A stretch of 63,636 nucleotides of DNA, the filler included, from Octopus bimaculoides (Eukaryota): the NCBI RefSeq assembly GCF_001194135.2. It is 5 parts of 4 records of this genome, joined end to end, with 100 filler letters (N's around TTAATTAATTAA, not from the genome) between each part and the next. Parts side by side here need not be neighbours in the genome. Positions count along the whole stretch, not along the records: positions 1 to 12,835 come from NC_069005.1; 4 more parts are not named here. One strand, given 5' to 3'. Of this stretch, positions 1 through 12,200 are shown one piece after another; position 1 is the stretch's first letter; the number at the start of each line of letters is the position of its first letter. Position numbers and translations under genes: made by a program. A model generated the notes under the pieces. The model did not search any database. It saw only the letters and a list, made by a program, of their open reading frames with translations, and had not been told where the DNA came from.

Positions 1-75
1 CATTGGTTGGCCCTGGGCTATAGTAGAAGACACTTGCCAAATGTGCCACACAGTGGGACTGAACCTAAAACCATG
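1..75 (-). mobile_element. SINE family A (tRNA-like head), 5' fragment
   Basis: Reverse complement matches the head of the copies at 12945 and 19650 (CATGGTT..GGTTCAGTCCCACTG..TGGCA..TTGG.CAAGTGTCTTCTACTATAGCC). Confidence 0.8.
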
Positions 76-287
76 AAGAACCACACAGCCATTCCTACAC
101 ATATATTGCTTACTCCTCTGATATTAAAAATGCATGGTTTACAGATATGTAAAGCCAGAGAACCACCAAATGGAGGTTAACTTTCCATGATTTTATGAAT
201 GAAACATTACATTGTCACGTGGATTGCTGTTTACATTCAACTTCTCTTGTCATGGCTGTTTTGTTTGTAACTATGTGGTTGCAAAAT

Positions 288-500
288 ATCATCATCATCA
301 TCATCATCATCATCATCTAACATCCGTTTTTCCATGCTGGCATGAGTTGGATGGTTTGACAAGAGCTGGCCAGCTGGAGAGCTGTACCAGACCCCAGTTG
401 TCTGTTTTTGGCATGGTTTCCATAGCTGGATGCCCTTCCTAACACCAGCCACTTTAGAAAGTGTACTGGCTGCATTTTACAAGGCACCAGCCACCAGCTG
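288..500 (-). mobile_element. RTE-tail-type SINE (minus strand) with (CAT)n tail
   Basis: Reverse complement of the element at 61437-61690 (…GGAAGGGCATCCAGC…CATGC.AGCATGGAAA.CGGA.GTTA.A.GATGATGAT). Confidence 0.75.
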
Positions 501-892
501 GATTGTCAAGTAATTTCCATGATAAAGACCTCTTAGATGAGAGAGGGAATAGGACTGAGGGAGTGGTCGTGTGCCAGATGAGAAGTTAGAGTATACTAGA
601 GGGGCAGGGATAGTTGTCTTACTTTAGAGGAGATACTTGACTACCCCAGTAAGACAAGGAAGATGGGAGAGAGTTAGAAAGATAAAGAGACAGAGTGAGA
701 AAGAAAGAGAAGTAGATAGTGTTGGAGATGCATTGGGTCCTGCACACAGTGAACAGTGGTAGTGGCAGGGTATAAGTAGTTCAGAGGAGACAGGGAGAAT
801 GTTCTATAAGAGTGTGAGGGATATGTTTACAGATGGGATAATGTGGGGATGGGAAGGCATGGCTATAAAGGAAATGTGGATGATGATGATTT

Positions 893-1370
893 CACTTAGC
901 TTGATGTCTTCTCAAGCACAGCCAATCATCAGAAGTCTCAATCCCTTGTCAGCTCCTCCGTGAAGCTCAACATCTGAAGATCATTTCTCACCACCTTGTC
1001 CCACATTTTCCTGTGTTTACCCATTTCATAGGTTCCCTCCACAATTAGAAATTGACACTTCTTTATGCAGCTGTCCTTGTGGCCATACTAGTACAATCTT
1101 CTCTCTTGCACACTACATCTGATGCCTCTTATACCTTATTTTTTTCTTAAAATACTTACACTCCATCATACATACACATTGACATTACACACCTGGTGGA
1201 GCATGTTGGCTTCATTTCTTTCAAGCCTTTGCATGTCCTCAGCAGTTATAACTCATGCTTCACTACCATGTAGCCTGGCTGTTCATTCATAGGCTTCATA
1301 CAATCTGCCTTTCACTCTGAGAGAGAGTCTAGTATATTAAAAAAGGATTTGGCTAAGTTCCTAACATTTA
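893..1370 (-). mobile_element. RTE-clade LINE 3' end, decayed
   Basis: Minus-strand translation with frameshifts and stops gives RTE C-terminal motifs: RVKGRLYEA…LHGSE…EDMQRLERNEA.MLH…QERRLY.YGHKDSCIKKC…HRKMWDKVVRNDLQML. Confidence 0.75.
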
Positions 1371-1512
1371 GTGAGAAGGGAGGTGTATACCAAAAAATAG
1401 AGCATTCCCAAGTTTAACGCAAAATTTCACATTTGCTTTTCCTGTCCATGCAATCATGTGCTGCTATCTGTTGACACACTACAGAACTAACAGAACTTTT
1501 TGATAACCCCCT

Positions 1513-1515
<3 letters not shown>

Positions 1516-1602
<87 letters not shown>

Positions 1603-1677
1603 GATAGATAGACAGATAGATAGATAGGTAGATAGATAGATAGATGTAAAATGAGGATTCATATCTTTCTCTCTATT

Positions 1678-1748
<71 letters not shown>
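1516..1748. repeat. Compound microsatellite (CA)n-(TAGA)n-(CT)n-(TA)n
   Basis: Directly visible; it explains ORF 1414-1827. Confidence 0.98.
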
Positions 1749-1751
<3 letters not shown>

Positions 1752-2959
1752 AAAATTTTAATTTTGACTCATAAGTAACATAACTGAACGCCACAAGACA
1801 TTTTATTTTATTTAACCCAGCCAACAAATGAGTGAGGTTAATAACACAGAGACATTGTACTTATAGAAAAACAATATTTAAGTTCATGTTAGCATACTTA
1901 ATGTCATGAGCATTAATAAGTTATAGAAACACTTATGTATTGAGGAAAAGATAGTGTTCACTCATTGACCAATAGTATATTAACTAGTTTGGCAAGTAAG
2001 GGAGACTATTTAGGTAATGTTTCAGCCTTATTACATATCTTCAGTTAAGCATAGACTTCACTATATTCGTCAGAGTTTTAATGTAAGAATCATTGGTAGA
2101 TGTTTAATAGTATACATGTACAAGCATAAAAACTTGGCATATTCTAGAAAACAAATCAACAAAGTTAGTAGCTCAGAAGTGTCACCACCACCACCACCAC
2201 CACCACCACCTTCTAAGGCTGGATGCTCTTCCTGTTCCTAACCCTTATTTGTATGGCATTTTAAACTAATTTGTTTTTTTGACATGGTAAAATGAGTGTA
2301 GGATGAAAAACAACAACAACACATCATTGCAGAATGGGCATCACATCTTGCAGCTAAGAGCTTATCAGAACAGGTGACTGTGATATGGAAATCTAAAAAT
2401 AACAAAATATTGATGAAACCTTGAGGTAAATAAATAATTATCTGCTTAGATAATAACATTCAGAAAATATTTATAAGTCTTTTTTTTTTTTTTTTTTTTG
2501 CTTCTTGAATATATCTGATAATCTTATAAAACTTCAATCTTTTAGACTTAGGATTTATTTTATTATCTGAAAGATATTGTTGAGAGCAAGTTCTCTTTAT
2601 TCAGTAGCACACATATTTAGATAGTATTTAGAAGTAGTGATTTGAGTTTTATAAATGTTAAAAACGGAAAGATTATATAGAAGTTACTTCACTGAAATAA
2701 AAGCTAACTTTGAAAAGACTGAATTTGTAAAAATAAAAGAAAAATTAGTAAAATGAGTGCTAATGTACTTGTTTTGGTGATCCAACAAATTTTAGTTACG
2801 GTAATTAAAGTTAGTGATGAAGAAAACAACAACAACAATGACAATAAGAATCACTATTTTTAATGATTACTTCTGGTCAAGGAGGGCAAGGGAGACAATT
2901 TACTAATTTTAGTAAATTAAAAATAGAATATTTTGGTTGACAGAAACTGAAAGAAGCCT

Positions 2960-3180
2960 GCCATGTGTGTGTGTGTGTGTGTGTGTGTATCTGTATTTGT
3001 CCCACCACCACTGTTTGACAAGCAGTGTTGGTATATTCATGTCTCCGTAACTTAGCGGTTTAGCAAAAGTGACTGATCAAAATAAGTACTGGAGTCAATT
3101 CATTTGCCTAAAGAAAGTCTTCAAGGCAGTGCCCCAGGATGGCCACAATCTAATGACTGAAACAATTAAAACAATAAAAC
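2960..3180 (+). mobile_element. SINE family A 3' half, CpG-decayed
   Basis: Matches the TTGACAA…GGTGT.TT.A.GTC.CCGTAACTTAGCGGTT…ATGGCCACA.TC.AATGACTGAAACAA tail of the 12945 and 19650 copies. Confidence 0.7.
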
Positions 3181-3248
3181 AATGATAGTTTATGAGTGAT
3201 GGTTTTTGTTGACGAGGCTGTTTGCTTTTCCATTCACTAACTTCACAG

Positions 3249-3390
3249 ATGCAGGAATAGCTGTATGGTTAAGAATACCATTTCACAATTATGTAATTGC
3301 CAGGGACCATATAACTGTGCAGCATCTCATGCAAACATTGTCCAATGTTGTCTTGAGTTGACCAAAACCTTAGAGTTATGACCTCTTTGA
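3249..3390 (+). CDS. Candidate spliced exon, product unknown
   Basis: Branch-point-like CACTAAC plus TTCACAG acceptor. Two frames stay open for 37-43 codons (DAGIAVWLRIPFHNY… or CRNSCMVKNTISQLCNCQGPYNC…). No clear donor and no recognisable homology. Confidence 0.2.
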
Positions 3391-4235
3391 AAATACATTT
3401 CATCCCCAAAAACAGACCGGCAAGAAAATTACAACTAAAACTGAAAGTGACTTGATGGGAGAAGGGGATAATATTGAGTAAAAAGGGTGATGTGAAAGGG
3501 TGAGAAGCTAGGGTGGTGTGCTGAAGAAAAAGATGGGTGAAAAAAAGTTGAACAGAAAGCAAGATGCATCTCTCAAGCAGCCTTGAAAAGAAACACTGAT
3601 AAGTTGACAGTTAAACTGTTGTAGAGAGGAGGGAGACAAGAAGGTAGATACATATGATACATCAAACAATCACATATATAGTTGCAGTTACAGGAAAGGA
3701 CAGAGACCAGAAAGTAGAAAGATACAATACATCCAACAACCACAAATACAATTATAATGACAAGTTATTGTGGTGAGGGAATGATGGCAAAGGGGCAAAG
3801 GCAAAGCAGCAAAAGGTGTGCCGTTGAATATACAAATACATTGAATATACATTTACATATACATACTTATACACACTCAAACAACCATATATACACAAAT
3901 GCATAGAAACACTTATGTACATATCTTTACTTTCATCACAGCAAATAAACTTTACCAATCTTTTGAATTTAACGTTATCCTCTGTTACCATATTTCTGTT
4001 GAAATAACATGGTCTTACTTTCAAGTAAGATTCAAAATAACAAAGAATTTAGTAAAATAACGGTCTTTATTGAGTTGGTGTTTGGGACATAAATTAACGT
4101 GAAATTTCAGGGGAAAGTTTTAATTCAGAACCTTTTAAAACAAGAAGTTGGTATCATAGAGCTAGAGGGGGTGATTAAAAAAGAATTTTGATAGTGCAGG
4201 TGGGTGAAGTTATTTGACCTTCTGGTGTGATTGGC

Positions 4236-4268
<33 letters not shown>

Positions 4269-4789
4269 ACACACACACAGATGCAAACACATGCACAGAA
4301 AGACAAGTGGACTAAGCAGAACAAGAGGAGATACGTGGCATCAAAAGCTGTTCAAGAGGTCACAGGATGTGTGACAAAAGAGCTTTGACAAGGAAGCTAA
4401 AATAATAATAATAATTATAATAAAGCTGAAGTAAAGACCAAGCATATAGTGTGTGTGTGTTTAATTGGCAAAATATGACCATCCCCAAGTATAACAATAT
4501 CTGTGTCAACACATGATTTCACATCAAGGATCTTACCAGACAAATACATAAATGTTTCTCTTCAACATCCAGCTGAGAAGTCAAAAAGTGTACAACCACT
4601 TCTTATTGTCAAAAAGATGTTGACTACTGGTTCATGTGAACCAGGTCCAGCTCACAACTGCATGTATGTGTGTGTCTTTAAGCTTTGTGTGTGTGTGTTC
4701 TTCACTTTCACTCTTTAATTTTAGAGTAAATTTTTACTGGCCACTTACTTGGTAACAAGGTTGTGAAGAAAGGTATCTTCTTTTAACCA

Positions 4790-5046
4790 TCATCCTTTAA
4801 CTGTTCAGAAGGTCTTGAAGATTCTTATAGTCCCAGATATCGTGGTCATTTGTAGCATATGAATTAAGAATTTGCTTTCCCCAAGATCCCAAGTTCAGCC
4901 ATACTTTTCTCCAGATGGGTTGGTATGTATGTTGCTGCTCCAATAATAATAGGTATGAAGCTGAAAGTGTATCTTGAGTACTGGATTTGCAAACTCCTTA
5001 TCAATGGTCTGTAGATGCCCTCTTTTTCATGTATATTTCTAACCAT
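4790..5046 (-). mobile_element. Non-LTR retrotransposon (R4/NeSL-type, restriction-like endonuclease) C-terminus, decayed
   Basis: EKEGIYRPLIRSLQIQYSRYTFSFIPIIIGAATYIP resembles the K..KY..L……..F.IPII.GA.G C-terminal RLE motif. Confidence 0.6.
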
Positions 5047-5260
5047 GTATGTATGTTTGTATGTATGTATACATGCAGCCCCTTCACCCTGATGATGGGA
5101 AATGTTGATGGATCAAAGAATTTTATTGTCCTAAATATACTGTAAGGAACTCATCGAAGAATAATGAATATAAAAACTTAATGAAGGAGATAAAACTAGA
5201 ACACAGATGTGTCTTTTATATGTAAAACAAAAACTATTCTATGCACATATACACACGCAT

Positions 5261-5302
<42 letters not shown>

Positions 5303-6152
5303 CTGTGTGTGTGTGTATATATATATATATATANNNNNNNNNNNNNNNNNNNNNNNNNNNNNNNNNNNNNNNNNNNNNNNNNNNNNNNNNNNNNNNNNNN
5401 NNNNNNNNNNNNNNNNNNNNNNNNNNNNNNNNNNNNNNNNNNNNNNNNNNNNNNNNNNNNNNNNNNNNNNNNNNNNNNNNNNNNNNNNNNNNNNNNNNNN
5501 NNNNNNNNNNNNNNNNNNNNNNNNNNNNNNNNNNNNNNNNNNNNNNNNNNNNNNNNNNNNNNNNNNNNNNNNNNNNNNNNNNNNNNNNNNNNNNNNNNNN
5601 NNNNNNNNNNNNNNNNNNNNNNNNNNNNNNNNNNNNNNNNNNNNNNNNNNNNNNNNNNNNNNNNNNNNNNNNNNNNNNNNNNNNNNNNNNNNNNNNNNNN
5701 NNNNNNNNNNNNNNNNNNNNNNNNNNNNNNNNNNNNNNNNNNNNNNNNNNNNNNNNNNNNNNNNNNNNNNNNNNNNNNNNNNNCCAGTTTGCAAATTTGA
5801 CGATGCTGGCAATTGTGCATGCATGACCGAGCGACATCATGCATCAGCACAATAGGAACAACACCTCCGAACTTACATAGGCCAGTCAGTCCTCATCCTT
5901 CCTCAAGAATTACCATGTGCGTCACAAGCAAAACCGCAGAAAATCTGCGGTTTACTATCAGGGAGTGAATAATTACTACAGATAAAAGGGTAAAGGATTA
6001 TTAATTTATTAATAAATTAATAATTAATAATTTTTACCAAGCCCTTTGTGAGTTACAAATATTGCTATCTGTTGGAGTTTTAGCACTTTAGCTGCTATTT
6101 CTGAACTTCGGTATGTGGTGAAGCAACTGTTGCTGATCCCTTAATTATGTTT

Positions 6153-6186
<34 letters not shown>

Positions 6187-6519
6187 TATAGAAAGACAGA
6201 CAGACAGATAGATAGATAAATATAGTAAGTAGTTAGATAAAGATACACATATAGTCGTGTGTTCTGAACTTTTCCTGACATTTTTTTAATTAATTGTGGT
6301 TCCTGCCATATTGGCCTTTATTGTCCAGAATTTCAAAATGCTTCCATATACATTAATTTTTTTTCTGTTTTCTTCCCCTGAAAGTTTTTTCTGTTAATAT
6401 TTCAGCCAGCTGCAACTTGTTAATCAGTGATATAAATTTATCTACCTCTGAATTTTGGGAGTTAAATACCCCAGCAGTTTTTGTGTTGCAAATGTTATAC
6501 TCTTATTTGACACAACAGC

Positions 6520-6660
6520 TGTTGTGGGATGGAAGAGACCTTGTGGCAAGCCTCACACCAGATGGCTAGATGTGATTGGGGAAGATCTCCAGAAGCTTAA
6601 TGTCATCTTGGAGGATGCAGAGCAGCTGTTATGAGACCATCAGCGATGGAGAGCACTGGT
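6520..6660 (+). mobile_element. RTE-clade LINE 3' end
   Basis: RPCGKPHTRWLDVIGEDLQKLNVILEDAEQL…DHQRWRALV is a typical RTE C-terminus. Confidence 0.7.
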
Positions 6661-6679
6661 GGACCTGGTCGGCTCTACA

Positions 6680-6930
6680 CATCATCATCATCATCATCAA
6701 TATCATTTAGCATCTGTTGTCCATGCTGGTATGTGTTAGATGGTTTGGGGAGCTGCACTGGACTCCAGTCTGATTTGGTATGGTTTCTATGGATGAATGC
6801 CCTTCCTAACACCAACCACTTAACTGAGTGTGCTGAGTGTTTTGTTACGCGATACTGCATGGGTGCTTTTATGTGGCACCACACAAATGTGTCCCCAGCC
6901 TCATCAAGCACAAGCAAAGCATCAAGCCAA
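6680..6930 (-). mobile_element. RTE-tail-type SINE
   Basis: (CAT)n followed by TTTAGCATCTG.T.TCCATGCTGG…GGATGAATGCCCTTCCTAACACCAACCACTT; same family as 61437-61690. Confidence 0.75.
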
Positions 6931-7097
6931 GCCAAACCACACAAAGAAAAATGAGGGTAAAAAAATTTGTTCTTGAAACAAAGCTAGTATTTCTGTAAGA
7001 AATATTTATTTTGAACCTGCCAAACATCTTCTATAAGTTTTTTTTAAAATATTGTGAAATTCAGTTTTAATTCACATGTATCTCTTCCTTTTAACAG

Positions 7098-7157
7098 ATA
7101 TAAAATCTCTTGTTTCTTTTGTTGGGGAAGTTACTGTTTACAGAGATGAAAATGTAG
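7098..7157 (+). CDS. Candidate 60-nt internal exon (phase 1-1), (D)IKSLVSFVGEVTVYRDENV(G/E)
   Basis: Strong polypyrimidine acceptor TCTCTTCCTTTTAACAG and perfect donor G|GTAAGT. Length is a multiple of 3, the frame is open, and it lies in non-repetitive CpG-poor DNA. Confidence 0.45.
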
Positions 7158-7474
7158 GTAAGTAGCAATGTTGTATTAAATTTTAGGTTTTACTTAGGTT
7201 CCATTTTATTTGTGTATAGCATCAGTAGTGAGTATTTAATGAGTATCCACAGTCTGTAATTGCCCAGACAAGCAATTTGGTTTTGAATCATGTCACAAAG
7301 CACAGCAAGACATTCAGTACTATGTTCCACAATGTATGGATATCAAAATTTACAATTTAGACTATATTCATCTCACACAGTGCAATTAAACTTTGAATAC
7401 TATGCTTAACATTTTAGTAGTTGTTGAGAAAAAAAGACTTGAGATAAAAGTTCTGATTGTTTACAGTGCAGTGG

Positions 7475-7830
7475 GCCATGGATAGATCCATGGTAGGAAC
7501 ATCACTAAGAGAGCACATTTGAAATGAAATGATTTGAGAATGAAGCAGAGTTGAATGATGTCATCACAGAGTACCAAAAGTGCACGTTCTGCTGGACTGG
7601 ACATGTTGCATGGTTCACAGGCAACATGTGGGCCCATGCAGTTGTGCCCATGCGGTTGTCAAGTGGTATCCAAGAGATTAGAAAAGGCCACTTGGAAGTT
7701 CTCCACGATGATGGGAAGACAATTTAGTCAAGCAGTTTGGATCAAGATGGAAAAAAAAAAAATGGCCCAATCAAGAAGGAATTGGAAGTGCATTGTGACC
7801 AGTGGTGTATAAGTACTGATGATCTGCCCA
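7475..7830 (+). mobile_element. RTE-clade LINE 3' end, decayed
   Basis: MDRSMVGTSLREHI…CWTGHVAWFTGNMWAHAV…WYPRD*KRPLG.SPR.WEDNL: the W.GHV…R…WYP…RP.GRP..RW.D motif. Confidence 0.75.
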
Positions 7831-8347
7831 ATACTGTGATACTGTAATGAATGCTTTACAAGTGAGATGTTATACAGGATGGGTCAGTGTTTGACAAGAT
7901 GAGAAAGATTTCCATAGATTAGGGTAGGTCACCTTACACCACACTGCCTCTCTACCCACAAACATCTCTCTGCTAAAGCCTTCAAAAGCATTACAATCTT
8001 TTGTGAGTTCTCCTGGTAACCCCATGGTCAGCCACTGGTGGGCTATGGCTCAAAAGTGGATCACTGAGGTGTTCTTTGTGGGCCTCAGACATTTTTGAAA
8101 TTGAATGTATTTGTGGACCATTGAACTGCTGATAGCTTTCAGCTAGTCTTTTGTGTCACAGTTAGTTTACTTTTTACTTACATAAACTTAGCCAGTGATG
8201 GAAATAGGGTCAGGACTATGCAGGGATAATTTTATATGTAAAATAGTATATATGATATACATGTAAGCCGTGGGAAAATGTAAGAAGAGATCAAAGATGG
8301 GCTTTTCAAAGGGATGTAGCTGATCCTTGACCCCTAAAAAAGAAAAT

Positions 8348-8547
8348 TTAACCCTTTAGTATTCAGTCATATGTAATGGTTATTTTTAAAACATTAATCT
8401 TGTAGTGTTGAGATTTGAAGACATGATCATTTATTTTTAGATTAACATTGTAGGGTAACTGTGAGAGGCTGGATCTGGTCAGCTTCAACAAAAAAACAGG
8501 TAGAATATTTGGGCCAGATGCGGCCAGTTTAAATGCTAAAGAGTTAC
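8348..8547. mobile_element. TTAA-flanked MITE (piggyBac-like)
   Basis: TTAA|CCCTTTAG…GCTAAAGAG|TTAC; inverted relative of the copy at 13740-13967. Confidence 0.7.
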
Positions 8548-8944
8548 AGAGTTTGATTGCAAATGGAGATAGAAGCTAACTCACGAGTACAGCTTCTGAT
8601 AATAGCATATAACAAAATACAGTGTGCTTCATATTCAAGGCTTTGATGAAGCTATAAGGTGTTACCCAGGCACTCAACTATGAGTCCACTGCATCTTATT
8701 AGCAGAAACAGCTGCAAGCTAATGAAGTTCATAAGATAATTGTTTATTCCTTTGTCATTTCATTTTCTTATTACTGCTCTATACTTGACTAATGCTTTGT
8801 TCAGAAGCATATGTATATTGAGTTCTACACCAGGTTATTACTACCATGATGCCTAAGTGAAATATTAATAACATATACCTCTAGATAGATACAGTGACAT
8901 AGATGTAGGTGTATAGCTGTAGAGGTCACCACAAGTACTACCAC

Positions 8945-9200
8945 CACCATCACCACCACCACCACCACCATCATCATCATAATCACTCAACGTCTATCTT
9001 TCCTGTTGGCATTGGCTGAATTGTTTGACAGGCTCCTATGGTTCAACAAGATTTGATGAGTTCAGGGACTGTGTTATGATCCAATATCTGCTTTTGCATG
9101 GTTTCTATAGCTGAATGCCTTTCCTAATGCTAACCACTTTACAGATGGTATTAGTACTCTTCGTTTTTCAAGGCATCACCACAAGTGAGGTCATGTAACT
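8945..9200 (-). mobile_element. RTE-tail-type SINE, decayed
   Basis: (CAC/CAT)n followed by GCATGGTTTCTATAGCTGAATGCCTTTCCTAATGCTAACCACTTTAC. Confidence 0.65.
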
Positions 9201-9387
9201 CGCAAGACAAAAGCCTGCTTGACTGAGAGAGAGTTTAGTGGAGAGGAAGGCAGCTTTATTCTTGGTGTTGAGAAATTGAAGTATGATGGAAGGAACAGGA
9301 ACAGGTTTCTTGTTGTAGTGGAAATACATTTTGTAAGGATGATTATAGTTATCAGATAGTAACATACATATATCAAAGATTATAAAT

Positions 9388-9599
9388 CAGTGGTTTTCGA
9401 CCATTTCATGTCTATGGATAGCTTTGATTCCTGTTTTACTCTACTGTATCTTTATAATTAAATATTATTAGGAATTCTATAAGAAATTAAAATATTTTGT
9501 ATATTGCAGAAGTATAATCAATTTATTGCACATAAATTTTAACAATGAAACCTTATATGGATCGCCAAGGGCCATATGGACCCTGGTTGAGAACCACTC
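9388..9599. mobile_element. hAT-type MITE
   Basis: Ends CAGTGGTTTTCGACC … GGTTGAGAACCACT are hAT/Charlie-like TIRs. A second 3'-end fragment lies at ~9760-9800. Confidence 0.65.
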
Positions 9600-9921
9600 A
9601 TGTAGGCTTATGCTCAAAGGCATTCTGGCCACAACCATCCTGATTCTTCTGAGGGGTCCAAGAATACATTATCAAATGTATCCTTTCTGGTGTGATGTGA
9701 TTTAAACTAAATTTGACTGTGGTTTCTGGCAGGTCAAATGGCAACTGAGAGATCTGACATGGACCCCCAAGGGCCTTATGGGTCCTGATTGAGAACTAGT
9801 GTCTTAGATAGAAACAGGGTATATAGGTACAGAATACTTAGCAGAGAAACCAAAAATAGTTTCTGAAGTGAATTATAAATATTCAATTACATTTAGTGAA
9901 CTGCAGGTAACTAGAAGAAAT

Positions 9922-10142
9922 ATATTCTTTTCTACTCTTGGCACAAGGCCTGAAATTTTGGGGGAGTAGGGCCAATCGATTAGATCGACCCCAGTATGCA
10001 ACTGGTACTTAATTTATTGACCCAAAAAGGATGAAAGGCAAAGTCAACCTTGGTGGAATTTGAACTCAGAACATAAAGACAGATGAAATACTGTTAAGCA
10101 TTTCACCTGGCATGCTATTGTTTCTGCCAGCTCATCGCCTTA
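9922..10142 (-). mobile_element. SINE family B (Meta-domain-like), CpG-decayed
   Basis: Reverse complement contains GAGTTCAAATTCCACC.AGGTTGACTTTGCCTTTCATCCTTTT.GGTCAATAAATTAAGTACCAG. Confidence 0.85.
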
Positions 10143-11005
10143 CTAGAACAAATATATTGAATTGCAAAAGTACCTAAGCTTGTTCACTGACTTATTAGTA
10201 CTTAGGCCTGTTATAACCACAGGACTCCTAAGACCAGAGCTTAATCCAGTTTCCACACCTGGATAGAGCACCTGTCCCTTACAGGGTTAATTTCCTAGCA
10301 ATTGCTGGAACTCATTTACAGTTGAATAGACTGGACCAACTTAAAAATGAAGTGTTTTGCATATTACACTGTGTAACACGATTTTTTTCCCTTCAATAGC
10401 AACTGTTACTTCTTATTTGTTTACCTCTAGAAAGTATGATAAATGACTAATATTTCCTTTAAACTTTGCTTTTGTTACATTTATTCAAACCACAAAGAAT
10501 CCCTCTCAACACACAGCCCTCAAGCTTCCCCATTACTCCTGCTCATCGTAAGAGATGCACATATTGTCAGCCACTAAGGGACATGCTCAAGTGGTTAAGA
10601 CCAAGCAACTGACAAGAAAATTTGTGGTATTGAGCAGAATATTTCTGTTCTAGCAACTCAGAACTGAATCTGTCTGAAATGTAATGGAAAATAGGAGCTC
10701 AGTTTCAAAACATTGGTGTCCAGGCCACAAAAGCAAACTTTGAAGAGAAAGTAGTCATTTCTTTTGATTTCTAGATAGAAGCAAATAGGAAATAATGTTT
10801 AATGACCAAAGATGAAAAAAAAATTAAAATTTTGTTACATAGTGTTGTGTTATTGGTATAAATGTAGAGAAGCATTTTTTTTCTAAAGAAGTCAATATTA
10901 TTTCTTTTATATCAAAATTTATGTGTGCCTGGTTAAGATGATATTTTTTTAATATATACATTTCTGAATTTCTACTTCATACCCATCAACCATCAATGGA
11001 AACAG

Positions 11006-11032
11006 AAATGGAGCCTATTGCTGCAGAAGATG
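11006..11032 (+). CDS. Candidate 27-nt micro-exon (phase 1-1), EMEPIAAED
   Basis: Perfect donor G|GTAAGT at 11033 and phase-compatible with the 7098-7157 exon. The acceptor (GAAACAG) has a weak pyrimidine tract. Confidence 0.25.
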
Positions 11033-11384
11033 GTAAGTAGAATTATGTGCTTTGCTTTCATATCAACACAATGGTTGAGTACGGTTTGAACATATAGTGA
11101 TATATATGTCATCAGTATAATTAAGTGGTGATGGAGTGGGGTTGATATAATTAATGTAATGAGCTTCTCCTCCTTATTTCTAATCATTTAACATTACATC
11201 TGAAATGAAAAGAAAACAATCATTACCATTAATGATGATTCTTGTTGAGAAATTCCTATTTTTAATCAATTAAAATTACACTTCCAATAAACAAAAAAAA
11301 CATCCTTAGTGTTAATGATAATTCTTGTCAAGAAAGGCATGGGATGTAACTCCAATATTCAAAGGGATAAAAAATTGATTGGTG

Positions 11385-11590
11385 GGGATAAGTCTGGTCT
11401 TTGAAAGCATCCTCCACTTTTTCCATATCGAGTATGGAATTCCATATTTCTTCAGTTGCCAGATATGGTTGGCCAGCGATGTTCCATATTTCCTTTCTGG
11501 GACCCTGAAAGGAGGCTCTACGACTGGAAAGACGTTTCTGAAAGGAAGTTCCTGCGCATCCAATGTATTCCCTTGTATGCATGGAGTTGG
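11385..11590 (-). mobile_element. Penelope-like element GIY-YIG endonuclease fossil
   Basis: Joining two minus-strand ORFs with one frameshift at ~11507 gives TREYIGCAGTSFQKRLSSRRASF/RVPERKYGTSLANHIWQLKKYGIPYSI..WRMLSKT. This matches the PLE pattern YIG….FK.R…H..SF……T.LS.YIW.LK…..Y.I.W.IL.K. Confidence 0.8.
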
Positions 11591-11957
11591 TGTTGTGCCT
11601 ACTATTGCTGTTGTTGTTGCTGCTACCGCTGCTGCTGTCGGTGCTGTTGTTGCGGTTGTAGTTGTCAATGTTGCTGCTGCCCGACAGAGCCCCCTCCACA
11701 TCCAGCAATAACATTACCAACACCACCACCATCCCCACCTTTGCCAACACCAATACCAACAGCCCCAGCAACATCATCGTCAAGGTCAGCACCAGCAACT
11801 ACAACAGCAGCATCAGCAGCAACAACGGCAGCAACATCAACATCAGCAGGCTTAATAACACCAACACATGAACCACCGGCAACACACACGGAGGCAGTAA
11901 CACTACCAATGCAACCACCACCAGCAGCCCCAGAACCACCACAATCAACACCATCAG

Positions 11958-11989
<32 letters not shown>

Positions 11990-12000
11990 CCGAAACACTA
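11590..12000. repeat. Degenerate (CAG/CAA/CAC)n and (TTG/CTG)n low-complexity tract
   Basis: Directly visible; it generates the Cys-, Pro-, Ala- and Gln-rich ORFs in all frames. Confidence 0.9.
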
Positions 12001-12200
12001 TCCATTTGATCCATTTGTAATAACAAAATACGAAGTCCTATACCATGGCCAAGAAGCCTTTTCTACCCATTCTGCACAGCACAGCAGCTGTGACAAACAA
12101 CATATATTCTTATTTTTATACTTTTCTTTCCCTTTGTACTTTCCAAAATAACTTCTTATATTAAACTCTACTATTTCCCTCTACTTAACTCTCTCATATT

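Noticed and set aside
5085-5140. CCCTGATGATGGG… possible hammerhead
   Set aside because: No GAAA or stem II partner downstream.
11456-12151. 231-aa Cys/Pro-rich ORF resembling a keratin-associated or metallothionein-like protein
   Set aside because: Explained by an antisense GIY-YIG fossil plus triplet repeats; no splice or domain support.
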